Below, in pieces: positions 1-12,476 of a stretch of DNA of 64,000 nt (position 1 is the first letter of the stretch; each line of letters starts with the position of its first letter). Both the position numbers and the translations under genes were made by a program. This DNA comes from the human T2T-CHM13v2.0 reference genome, Homo sapiens, in NCBI RefSeq assembly GCF_009914755.1, contig NC_060934.1. One strand, given 5' to 3'. The notes below the pieces were generated by a model. It saw only the letters and a list, made by a program, of their open reading frames with translations, made no database searches and was not told where the DNA came from.

Positions 1-208
1 TGGAATTTGCAAGTGGAGATTTCAAGCGATTTGACGCCAATCTTAGACATGGAAATATCTTCATATTAAAAGTACACAGAGTCATTCGTAGAAACTAGTT
101 TGTGATGTGTGCCTTCAACTCACAGAGTTTAACCTTTCTTTTCATAGAGCAGTTTGGAAACACTCTATTTGTAAAGTCTGCAAGTGGATATTTGGACCTC
201 TTTGAGGC

Positions 209-225
209 CTTCGTTGGAAACGGGA
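209..225 (+). other. CENP-B box (first of roughly 188 positions, one per ~340-bp dimer)
   Basis: CTTCGTTGGAAACGGGA matches the 17-bp CENP-B box consensus (essential core nTTCGnnnnAnnCGGGn). It recurs at 549, 889 (GGAAGCGGGA form), 1228 and onward. The count is estimated from window length divided by dimer length. Confidence 0.95.
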
Positions 226-1438
226 TTTCTTCATACAACGCTAGACAGAAGAATTCTCAGTAACTTCTTTGTGTTGTATGTATTCAACTCACAGAGTTGA
301 ACCTTTCTTTAGAGAGAGCAGAGTTGAAACACTCTGTTTTTGGAATTTGCAACTGCAGATTTCAAGCGATTCTAGGCCTATGGCAGAAAAGGAAATATCT
401 TCGTATAAAAACTACACAGAATCATTCTCAACAACTACTTTGTGATGTGTGCGTTCAACTCACAGAGTTTAACCTTTCTTTTCATAGAGCAGTTTGGAAA
501 CACTCTGTTTGTAAAGCCTGCAAGTGCTTTTTTGGACTTCATTGAGGCCTTCGTTGGAAACGGGATTTCTTCATATAATGCTAGACAGAAGAATTCTCAG
601 TCACTTCTTTGTGTTGTGTGTATTCAAGTCACAGAGTTGAACCTTCCTTTAGACAGAGCAGTTTTGAAACACTCTTTTTGTGCAATTTGCAAGTGGAGAT
701 TTCAAGCGATTTGACGCCAATCTTAGACATGGAAATATCTTCATATTAAAAGTACACAGAGTCATTCGTAGAAACTAGTTTGTGATGTGTGCCTTCAACT
801 CACAGAGTTTAACCTTTCTTTTCATAGAGCAGTTGGGAAACACTCTGTCTGTAAAGTCTGCAAGTGATTAGTTAGACCCCTTTCAGGCCTTCGTTGGAAG
901 CGGGATTTCTCATTTACTGCTAGACAGAAGAATTCTCAGTAAATCCTTTGTGTTGTGTGTATTCAACTCACAGAGTGGAACCTTCCTTTATTCAGAGCAG
1001 TTTTGAAACACTCTTTTTGTGCAATTTGCAAGTGGAGATTTCAAGAGATTTGACGCCAATCTTAGACATGGAAATATCTTCATATTAAAAGTACACAGAG
1101 TCATTCGTAGAAACTAGTTTGTGATGTGTGCCTTCAACTCACAGAGTTTAACCTTTCTTTTCATAGAGCAGTTGGGAAACACTCTATTTGTAAAGTCTGC
1201 AAGTGGATATTTGGACCTCTTTGAGGCCTTCGTTGGAAACGGGATTTCTTCATATAACGCTAGACAGAAGAATTCTCAGTAACTTCTTTGTGTTGTGTGT
1301 ATTCAACTCACAGAGTTGAACCTTTCTTTAGAGGGAGCAGAGGTGAAACACTCTTTTTGTGGAATTTGCTAGTGCAGATTTCAAACGCTTCGAAGACAGT
1401 GATAGAAAAGGATATATCTTCGTATTAAAAGTAGACAA

Positions 1439-1609
1439 AATCATTCTCAGAAAACTCTTTGTGATGTGTGTGTTCAACTCACAGAGTTTAACCTTTCTTT
1501 TCATAGAGCAGTTTGGAAACACTCTGTTTGTAAAGCCTGCAAGTGCTTTTTTGGACTTCATTGAGGCCTTCGTTGGAAACGGGATTTCTTCATACAACGC
1601 TAGTCAGAA
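1439..1609 (+). repeat. Chimeric H/B monomer of the variant 8-mer (also ~3816-3986 and ~7213-7383)
   Basis: Starts like H (cattctcagaaaactctttgtgatgtgtgtg), continues like B (aaagcctgcaagtgcttttttggacttcattgagg) and ends with a catacaacgctag tail. Unit lengths are 1359, 1358 and 1359 bp. Confidence 0.85.
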
Positions 1610-4600
1610 GAATTCTCAGTAACTTCTTTGTGTTGTGTGTATTCAACTCACAGAGTTGAACTTTTCTTTAGAGAGAGCAGAGTTGAAACACTCTGTTTTT
1701 GGAATTTGCAAGTGCAGATTTCAAGCGCTTCTAGGCCTATGGCAGAAAAGGAAATATCTTCGTATAAAAACTACACAGAATCATTCTCAACAACTACTTT
1801 GTGATGTGTGCGTTCAACTCACAGAGTTTAACCTTTCTTTTCATAGAGCAGTTTGGAAACACTCTGTTTGTAAAGCCTGCAAGTGCTTTTTTGGACTTCA
1901 TTGAGGCCTTCGTTGGAAACGGGATTTCTTCATATAATGCTAGACAGAAGAATTCTCAGTCACTTCTTTGTGTTGTGTGTATTCAAGTCACAGAGTTGAA
2001 CCTTCCTTTAGACAGAGCAGTTTTGAAAAATTCTTTCTGTGGAGTTTGCAAGTGGAGATTTCAAGCGATTTGAGGCTAATCTTTGAAATGGAAATATCTT
2101 CGTGTAAAAACTACACAGAATCATTCTCAGAAACTGCTTTGTCATCTGTGCGTTCAGTTCACAGAGTTTCACCTTTCTCTTCATAGAGCAGTTTGGAAAG
2201 ACTCTGTCTGTAAAGTCTGCAAGTGATTAGTTAGACCCCTTTGAGGCCTTCGTTGGAAGCGGGATTTCTCATTTACTGCTAGACAGAAGAATTCTCAGAA
2301 AATCCTTTGTGTTGTGTGTATTCAACTCACAGAGTGGAACCTTCCTTTATTCAGAGCAGTTTTGAAAAACACTTTTTGTGGAATTTGCAAGTGGAGATTT
2401 CAAGCGATTTGACGCCAATCTTAGACATGGAAATATCTTCATATTAAAAGTACACAGAGTCATTCGTAGAAACTAGTTTGTGATGTGTGCCTTCAACTCA
2501 CAGAGTTTAACCTTTCTTTTCATAGAGCAGTTTGGAAACACTCTATTTGTAAAGTCTGCAAGTGGATATTTGGACCTCTTTGAGGCCTTCGTTGGAAACG
2601 GGATTTCTTCATACAACGCTAGACAGAAGAATTCTCAGTAACTTCTTTGTGTTGTGTGTATTCAACTCACAGAGTTGAACCTTTCTTTAGAGAGAGCAGA
2701 GTTGAAACACTCTGTTTTTGGAATTTGCAAGTGCAGATTTCAAGCGATTCTAGGCCTATGGCAGAAAAGGAAATATCTTCGTATAAAAACTACACAGCAT
2801 CATTCTCAACAACTACTTTGTGATGTGTGCGTACAACTCACAGAGTTTAACCTTTCTTTTCATAGAGGAGTTTGGAAACACTCTGTTTGTAAAGCCTGCA
2901 GGTGCTTTTTTGGACTTCATTGAGGCCTTCGTTGGAAACGGGATTTCTTCATATAATGCTAGACAGAAGAATTCTCAGTCACTTCTTTGTGTTGTGTGTA
3001 TTCAAGTCACAGAGTTGAACCTTCCTTTAGACAGAGCAGTTTTGAAAAATTCTTTCTGTGTAATTTGCAAGTGGAGATTTCAAGCGATTTGAGGCTAATC
3101 TTTGAAATGGAAATATCTTCGTGTAAAAACTACACAGAATCATTCTCAGAAACTGCTTTGTCATCTGTGCGTTCAGTTCACAGAGTTTCACCTTTCTCTT
3201 CATAGAGCAGTTTGGAAAGACTCTGTCTGTAAAGTCTGCAAGTGATTAGTTAGACCCCTTTGAGGCCTTCGTTGGAAGCGGGATTTCTCATTTACTGCTA
3301 GACAGAAGAATTCTCAGTAAATCCTTTGTGTTGTGTGTATTCAACTCACAGAGTGGAACCTTCCTTTATTCAGAGCAGTTTTGAAACACTCTTTTTGTGG
3401 ATTTTGCAAGTGGAGATTTCAAGCGATTTGACGCCAATCTTAGACATGGAAATATCTTCATATTAAAAGTACACAGAGTCATTCGTAGAAACTAGTTTGT
3501 GATGTGTGCCTTCAACTCACAGAGTTTAACCTTTCTTTTCATAGAGCAGTTGGGAAACACTCTATTTGTAAAGTCTGCAAGTGGATATTTGGACCTCTTT
3601 GAGGCATTCTTTAGAAACGGGATTTCTTCATATAACCCTAGACAGAAGAATTCTCAGTAACTTCTTTGTGTTGTGTTATTCAACTCACAGAGTTGAACCT
3701 TTCTTTAGAGGGAGCAGAGGTGAAACACTCTTTTTGTGGAATTTGCTAGTGTAGATTTCAAACGCTTCGAAGACAGTGATAGAAAAGGATATATCTTCGT
3801 ATTAAAAGTAGACAAAATCATTCTCAGAAAACTCTTTGTGATGTGTGTGTTCAACTCACAGAGTTTAACCTTTCTTTTCATAGAGCAGTTTGGAAACACT
3901 CTGTTTGTAAAGCCTGCAAGTGCTTTTTTGGACTTCATTGAGGCCTTCGTTGGAAACGGGATTTCTTCATACAACGCTAGACAGAAGAATTCTCAGTAAC
4001 TTCTTTGTGTTGTGTGTATTCAACTCACAGAGTTGAACCTTTCTTTAGAGAGAGCAGAGTTGAAACACTCTGTTTTTGGAATTTGCAAGTTCAGATTTCA
4101 AGCGCTTCTAGGCCTATGGCAGAAAAGGAAATATCTTCGTATAAAAACTACACAGAATCATTCTCAACAACTACTTTGTGATGTGTGCGTTCAACTCACA
4201 GAGTTTAACCTTTCTTTTCATAGAGCAGTTTGGAAACACTCTGTTTGTAAAGCCTGCAAGTGCTTTTTTGGACTTCATTGAGGCCTTCGTTGGAAACGGG
4301 ATTTCTTCATATAATGCTAGACAGAAGAATTCTCAGTCACTTCTTTGTGTTGTGTGTATTCAAGTCACAGAGTTGAACCTTCCTTTAGACAGAGCAGTTT
4401 TGAAAAATTCTTTCTGTGGAGTTTGCAAGTGGAGATTTCAAGCGATTTGAGGCTAATCTTTGAAATGGAAATATCTTCGTGTAAAAACTACACAGAATCA
4501 TTCTCAGAAACTGCTTTGTCATCTGTGCGTTCAGTTCACAGAGTTTCACCTTTCTCTTCATAGAGCAGTTTGGAAAGACTCTGTCTGTAAAGTCTGCAAG

Positions 4601-7600
4601 TGATTAGTTAGACCCCTTTGAGGCCTTCGTTGGAAGCGGGATTTCTCATTTACTGCTAGACAGAAGAATTCTCAGTAAATCCTTTGTGTTATGTGTATTC
4701 AACTCACAGAGTGGAACCTTCCTTTATTCAGAGCAGTTTTGAAAAACACTTTTTGTGGAATTTGCAAGTGGAGATTTCAAGCGATTTTACGCCAATCTTA
4801 GACATGGAAATATCTTCATATTAAAAGTACACAGAGTCATTCGTAGAAACTAGTTTGTGATGTGTGCCTTCAACTCACAGAGTTTAACCTTTCTTTTCAT
4901 AGAGCAGTTTGGAAACACTCTATTTGTAAAGTCTGCAAGTGGATATTTGGACCTCTTTGAGGCCTTCATTGGAAACGGGATTTCTTCATACAACGCTAGA
5001 CAGAAGAATTCTCAGTAACTTCTTTGTGTTGTGTGTATTCAACTCACAGAGTTGAACCTTTCTTTAGAGAGAGCAGAGTTGAAACACTCTGTTTTTGGAA
5101 TTTGCAAGTGCAGATTTCAAGCGATTCTAGGCCTATGGCAGAAAAGGAAATATCTTCGTATAAAAACTACACAGAATCATTCTCAACAACTACTTTGTGA
5201 TGTGTGCGTTCAACTCACAGAGTTTAACCTTTCTTTTCATAGAGCAGTTTGGAAACACTCTGTTGGTAAAGCCTGCAAGTGCTTTTTTGGACTTCATTGA
5301 GGCCTTCGTTGGAAACGGGATTTCTTCATATAATGCTAGACAGAAGAATTCTCAGTCACTTCTTTGTGTTGTGTGTATTCAAGTCACAGAGTTGAACCTT
5401 CCTTTAGACAGAGCAGTTTTGAAAAATTCTTTCTGTGTAATTTGCAAGTGGAGATTTCAAGCGATTTGAGGCTAATCTTTGAAATGGAAATATCTTCGTG
5501 TAAAAACTACACAGAATCATTCTCAGAAACTGCTTTGTCATCTGTGCGTTCAGTTCACAGAGTTTCACCTTTCTCTTCATAGAGCAGTTTGGAAAGACTC
5601 TGTCTGTAAAGTCTGCAAGTGATTAGTTAGACCCCTTTGAGGCCTTCGTTGGAAGCGGGATTTCTCATTTACTGCTAGACAGAAGAATTCTCAGTAAATC
5701 CTTTGTGTTGTGTGTATTCAACTCACAGAGTGGAACCTTCCTTTATTCAGAGCAGTTTTGAAACACTCTTTTTGTGGAATTTGCAAGTGGAGATTTCAAG
5801 CGATTTGACGCCAATCTTAGACATGGAAATATCTTCATATTAAAAGTACACAGAGTCATTCGTAGAAACTAGTGTGTGATGTGTGCCTTCAACTCACAGA
5901 GTTTAACCTTTCTTTTCATAGAGCAGTTGGGAAACACTCTATTTGTAAAGTCTGCAAGTGGATATTTGGACCTCTTTGAGGCCTTCGTTGGAAACGGGAT
6001 TTCTTCATATAACGCTAGACAGAAGAATTCTCAGTAACTTCTTTGTGTTGTGTGTATTCAACTCACAGAGTTGAACCTTTCTTTAGAGGGAGCAGAGGTG
6101 AGACACTCTTTTTATGGAATTTGCAACTGCAGATTTCAAGCGATTCTTGGCCTATGGCAGAAAAGGAAATATCTTCGTATAAAAACTACACAGAGTCATT
6201 CTCAACAACTACTTTGTGATGTGTGCGTTCAACTCACAGAGTTTAACCTTTCTTTTCATAGAGCAGTTTGGAAACACTCTGTTTGTAAAGCCTGCAAGTG
6301 CTTTTTTGGACTTCATTGAGGCCTTCGTTGGAAACGGGATTTCTTCATATAATGCTAGACAGAAGAATTCTCAGTCACTTCTTTGTGTTGTGTGTATTCA
6401 AGTCACAGAGTTGAACCTTCCTTTAGACAGAGCAGTTTTGAAAAATTCTTTCTGTGTAATTTGCAAGTGGAGATTTCAAGCGATTTGAGGCTAATCTTTG
6501 AAATGGAAATATCTTCGTGTAAAAACTACACAGAATCATTCTCAGAAACTGCTTTGTCATCTGTGCGTTCAGTTCACAGAGTTTCACCTTTCTCTTCATA
6601 GAGCAGTTTGGAAAGACTCTGTCTGTAAAGTCTGCAAGTGATTAGTTAGACCCCTTTGAGGCCTTCGTTGGAAGCGGGATTTCTCATTTACTGCTAGACA
6701 GAAGAATTCTCAGTAAATCCTTTGTGTTGTGTGTATTCAACTCACAGAGTGGAACCTTCCTTTATTCAGAGCAGTTTTGAAACACTCTTTTTGTGGAATT
6801 TGCAAGTGGAGATTTCAAGCGATTTGACGCCAATCTTAGACATGGAAATATCTTCATATTAAAAGTACACAGAGTCATTCGTAGAAACTAGTTTGTGATG
6901 TGTGCCTTCAACTCACAGAGTTTAACCTTTCTTTTCATAGAGCAGTTGGGAAACACTCTATTTGTAAAGTCTGCAAGTGGATATTTGGACCTCTTTGAGG
7001 CCTTCGTTGGAAACGGGATTTCTTCATATAACGCTAGACAGAAGAATTCTCAGTAACTTCTTTGTGTTGTGTGTATTCAACTCACAGAGTTGAACCTTTC
7101 TTTAGAGGGAGCAGAGGTGAAACACTCTTTTTGTGGAATTTGCTAGTGTAGATTTCAAACGCTTCGAAGACAGTGATAGGAAAGGATATATCTTCGTATT
7201 AAAAGTAGACAAAATCATTCTCAGAAAACTCTTTGTGATGTGTGTGTTCAACTCACAGAGTTTAACCTTTCTTTTCATAGAGCAGTTTGGAAACACTCTG
7301 TTTGTAAAGCCTGCAAGTGCTTTTTTGGACTTCATTGAGGCCTTCGTTGGAAACGGGATTTCTTCATACAACGCTAGACAGAAGAATTCTCAGTAACTTC
7401 TTTGTGTTGTGTGTATTCAACTCACAGAGTTGAACCTTTCTTTAGAGAGAGCAGAGTTGAAACACTCTGTTTTTGGAATTTGCAAGTGCAGATTTCAAGC
7501 GCTTCTAGGCCTATGGCAGAAAAGGAAATATCTTCGTATAAAAACTACACAGAATCATTCTCAACAACTACTTTGTGATGTGTGCGTTCAACTCACAGAG

Positions 7601-10100
7601 TTTAACCTTTCTTTTCATAGAGCAGTTTGGAAACACTCTGTTTGTAAAGCCTGCAAGTGCTTTTTTGGACTTCATTGAGGCCTTCGTTGGAAACGGGATT
7701 TCTTCATATAATGCTAGACAGAAGAATTCTCAGTCACTTCTTTGTGTTGTGTGTATTCAAGTCACAGAGTTGAACCTTCCTTTAGACAGAGCAGTTTTGA
7801 AAAATTCTTTCTGTGGAGTTTGCAAGTGGAGATTTCAAGCGATTTGAGGCTAATCTTTGAAATGGAAATATCTTCGTGTAAAAACTACACAGAATCATTC
7901 TCAGAAACTGCTTTGTCATCTGTGCGTTCAGTTCACAGAGTTTCACCTTTCTCTTCATAGAGCAGTTTGGAAAGACTCTGTCTGTAAAGTCTGCAAGTGA
8001 TTAGTTAGACCCCTTTGAGGCCTTCGTTGGAAGCGGGATTTCTCATTTACTGCTAGACAGAAGAATTCTCAGTAAATCCTTTGTGTTGTGTGTATTCAAC
8101 TCACAGAGTGGAACCTTCCTTTATTCAGAGCAGTTTTGAAAAACACTTTTTGTGGAATTTGCAAGTGGAGATTTCAAGCGATTTGACGCCAATCTTAGAC
8201 ATGGAAATATCTTCATATTAAAAGTACACAGAGTCATTCGTAGAAACTAGTTTGTGATGTGTGCCTTCAACTCACAGAGTTTAACCTTTCTTTTCATAGA
8301 GCAGTTTGGAAACACTCTATTTGTAAAGTCTGCAAGTGGATATTTGGACCTCTTTGAGGCCTTCGTTGGAAACGGGATTTCTTCATACAACGCTAGACAG
8401 AAGAATTCTCAGTAACTTCTTTGTGTTGTGTGTATTCAACTCACAGAGTTGAACCTTTCTTTAGAGAGAGCAGAGTTGAAACACTCTGTTTTTGGAATTT
8501 GCAAGTGCGGATTTCAAGCGATTCTAGGCCTATGGCAGAAAAGGAAATATCTTCGTATAAAAACTACACAGAATCATTCTCAACAACTACTTTGTGATGT
8601 GTGCGTTTAACTCACAGAGTTTAACCTTTCTTTTCATAGAGCAGTTTGGAAACACTCTGTTTGTAAAGCCTGCAAGTGCTTTTTTGGACTTCATTCAGGC
8701 CTTCGTTGGAAACGGGATTTCTTCATATAATGCTAGACAGAAGAATTCTCAGTCACTTGTTTGTGTTGTGTGTATTCAAGTCACAGAGTTGAACCTTCCT
8801 TTAGACAGAGCAGTTTTGAAAAATTCTTTCTGTGGAGTTTGCAAGTGGAGATTTCAAGCGATTTGAGGCTAATCTTTGAAATGGAAATATCTTCGTGTAA
8901 AAACTACACAGAATCATTCTCAGAAACTGCTTTGTCATCTGTGCGTTCAGTTCACAGAGTTTCACCTTTCTCTTCATAGAGCAGTTTGGAAAGACTCTGT
9001 CTGTAAAGTCTGCAAGTGATTAGTTAGACCCCTTTGAGGCCTTCGTTGGAAGCGGGATTTCTCATTTACTGCTAGACAGAAGAATTCTCAGTAAATCCTT
9101 TGTGTTGTGTGTATTCAACTCACAGAGTGGAACCTTCCTTTATTCAGAGCAGTTTTGAAACACTCTTTTTGTGAAATTTGCAAGTGGAGATTTCAAGCGA
9201 TTTGACGCCAATCTTAGACATGGAAATATCTTCATATTAAAAGTACACAGAGTCATCCGTAGAAACTAGTTTGTGATGTGTGCCTTCAACTCACAGAGTT
9301 TAACCTTTCTTTTCATAGAGCAGTTGGGAAACACTCTATTTGTAAAGTCTGCAAGTGGATATTTGGACCTCTTTGAGGCCTTCGTTGGAAACGGGATTTC
9401 TTCATACAACGCTAGACAGAAGAATTCTCAGTAACTTCTTTGTGTTGTGTGTATTCAACTCACAGAGTTGAACCTTTCTTTAGAGAGAGCAGAGTTGAAA
9501 CACTCTGTTTTTGGAATTTGCAAGTGCAGATTTCAAGCGATTCTAGGCCTATGGCAGAAAAGGAAATATCTTCGTATAAAAACTACACAGAATCATTCTC
9601 AACAACTACTTTGTGATGTGTGCGTTCAACTCACAGAGTTTAACCTTTCTTTTCATAGAGCAGTTTGGAAACACTCTGTTTGTAAAGCCTGCAAGTGCTT
9701 TTTTGGACTTCATTCAGGCCTTCGTTGGAAACGGGATTTCTTCATATAATGCTAGACAGAAGAATTCTCAGTCACTTGTTTGTGTTGTGTGTATTCAAGT
9801 CACAGAGTTGAACCTTCCTTTAGACAGAGCAGTTTTGAAAAATTCTTTCTGTGGAGTTTGCAAGTGGAGATTTCAAGCGATTTGAGGCTAATCTTTGAAA
9901 TGGAAATATCTTCGTGTAAAAACTACACAGAATCATTCTCAGAAACTGCTTTGTCATCTGTGCGTTCAGTTCACAGAGTTTCACCTTTCTCTTCATAGAG
10001 CAGTTTGGAAAGACTCTGTCTGTAAAGTCTGCAAGTGATTAGTTAGACCCCTTTGAGGCCTTCGTTGGAAGCGGGATTTCTCATTTACTGCTAGACAGAA

Positions 10101-11457
10101 GAATTCTCAGTAAATCCTTTGTGTTGTGTGTATTCAACTCACAGAGTGGAACCTTCCTTTATTCAGAGCAGTTTTGAAACACTCTTTTTGTGGAATTTGC
10201 AAGTGGAGATTTCAAGCGATTTGACGCCAATCTTAGACATGGAAATATCTTCATATTAAAAGTACACAGAGTCATTCGTAGAAACTAGTTTGTGATGTGT
10301 GCCTTCAACTCACAGAGTTTAACCTTTCTTTTCATAGAGCAGTTGGGAAACACTCTATTTGTAAAGTCTGCAAGTGGATATTTGGACCTCTTTGAGGCCT
10401 TCGTTGGAAACGGGATTTCTTCATATAACGCTAGACAGAAGAATTCTCAGTAACTTCTTTGTGTTGTGTGTATTCAACTCACAGAGTTGAACCTTTCTTT
10501 AGAGGGAGCAGAGGTGAAACACTCTTTTTGTGGAATTTGCTAGTGTAGATTTCAAACGCTTCGAAGACAGTGATAGAAAAGGATATATCTTCGTATTAAA
10601 AGTAGACAAAATCATTCTCAGAAAACTCTTTGTGATGTGTGTGTTCAACTCACAGAGTTTAACCTTTCTTTAATCGAGCAGTTTGGAAATACACTCTTTG
10701 TAAGTCTGCAGGTGGATATTTGGCCCTCTTTGAGCCCTTCGTTGGAAACGGGATTTCCTCATATAATGCTAGACAGAAGAATTCTCAGTAACTTCTTTGT
10801 GTTGTTTGTATTCAACACACAGATTTGAACCTTCCTTTAGAGAGAGCAGATTTGAAACACTCTGTTTTTGGAATTTGCAAGTGCAGATTTCAAGCGCTTC
10901 TAGGCCTATGGCAGAAAAGGAAATATCTTCGTATAAAAACTACACAGAATCATTCTCAACAACTACTTTGTGATGTGTGCGTTCAACTCACAGAGTTTAA
11001 CCTTTCTTTTCATAGAGCAGTTTGGAAACACTCTGTTTGTAAAGCCTGCAAGTGCTTTTTTGGACTTCATTGAGGCCTTCGTTGGAAACGGGATTTCTTC
11101 ATATAATGCTAGACAGAAGAATTCTCAGTCACTTGTTTGTGTTGTGTGTATTCAAGTCACAGAGTTGAACCTTCCTTTAGACAGAGCAGTTTTGAAAAAT
11201 TCTTTCTGTGGAGTTTGCAAGTGGAGATTTCAAGCGATTTGAGGCTAATCTTTGAAATGGAAATATCTTCGTGTAAAAACTACACAGAATCATTCTCAGA
11301 AACTGCTTTGTCATCTGTGCGTTCAGTTCACAGAGTTTCACCTTTCTCTTCATAGAGCAGTTTGGAAAGACTCTGTCTGTAAAGTCTGCAAGTGATTAGT
11401 TAGACCCCTTTGAGGCCTTCGTTGGAAGCGGGATTTCTCATTTACTGCTAGACAGAA
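10101..11457 (+). repeat. Representative canonical 8-mer HOR unit (1357 bp; dimers EF 340 + GH 338 + AB 340 + CD 339)
   Basis: EcoRI spacing 10101/10441/10779/11119/11458. The diagnostic short H monomer (ttaatcgagcagtttggaaatacactctttgtaagtctgcaggtgg, carrying a PstI site) occurs in 23 copies, marked by the 63-aa 'MCVQLTEFNLSLIEQ' ORFs from 10637 to 62909. Confidence 0.95.
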
Positions 11458-12476
11458 GAATTCTCAGTAAATCCTTTGTGTTGTGTGTATTCAACTCACA
11501 GAGTGGAACCTTCCTTTATTCAGAGCAGTTTTGAAAAACACTTTTTGTGGAATTTGCAAGTGGAGATTTCAAGCGATTTGACGCCAATCTTAGACATGGA
11601 AATATCTTCATATTAAAAGTACACAGAGTCATTCGTAGAAACTAGTTTGTGATGTGTGCCTTCAACTCACAGAGTTTAACCTTTCTTTTCATAGAGCAGT
11701 TTGGAAACACTCTATTTGTAAAGTCTGCAAGTGGATATTTGGACCTCTTTGAGGCCTTCGTTGGAAACGGGATTTCTTCATACAACGCTAGACAGAAGAA
11801 TTCTCAGTAACTTCTTTGTGTTGTGTGTATTCAACTCACAGAGTTGAACCTTTCTTTAGAGAGAGCAGAGTTGAAACACTCTGTTTTTGGAATTTGCAAG
11901 TGCAGATTTCAAGCGATTCTAGGCCTATGGCAGAAAAGGAAATATCTTCGTATAAAAACTACACAGAATCATTCTCAACAACTACTTTGTGATGTGTGCG
12001 TTTAACTCACAGAGTTTAACCTTTCTTTTCATAGAGCAGTTTGGAAACACTCTGTTTGTAAAGCCTGCAAGTGCTTTTTTGGACTTCATTCAGGCCTTCG
12101 TTGGAAACGGGATTTCTTCATATAATGCTAGACAGAAGAATTCTCAGTCACTTGTTTGTGTTGTGTGTATTCAAGTCACAGAGTTGAACCTTCCTTTAGA
12201 CAGAGCAGTTTTGAAAAATTCTTTCTGTGGAGTTTGCAAGTGGAGATTTCAAGCGATTTGAGGCTAATCTTTGAAATGGAAATATCTTCGTGTAAAAACT
12301 ACACAGAATCATTCTCAGAAACTGCTTTGTCATCTGTGCGTTCAGTTCACAGAGTTTCACCTTTCTCTTCATAGAGCAGTTTGGAAAGACTCTGTCTGTA
12401 AAGTCTGCAAGTGATTAGTTAGACCCCTTTGAGGCCTTCGTTGGAAGCGGGATTTCTCATTTACTGCTAGACAGAA
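11458..12476 (+). repeat. Representative 6-mer HOR variant (1019 bp): 8-mer lacking one dimer, with a G/A hybrid monomer
   Basis: Anchor spacing of 1019 bp occurs 27 times. The junction monomer begins like G (tgtgtattcaactcacagagttgaacctttc) and ends like A (ctctgtttttggaatttgcaa..ctaggcctatggcagaaaagg). 1357-1019=338, the length of the GH dimer. Confidence 0.93.

Noticed and set aside
250-257. AGAATTCT palindrome in every dimer as a cruciform or regulatory element
   Set aside because: It is only 8 bp and is the known EcoRI-site context of SF1 dimers; too short to support a structural claim without folding calculations.
2361-2380. gaaaaacacttttt versus gaaacactcttttt as a compensating 2-bp indel
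   Set aside because: It is equally explained by two substitutions; the mechanism cannot be resolved from the sequence.
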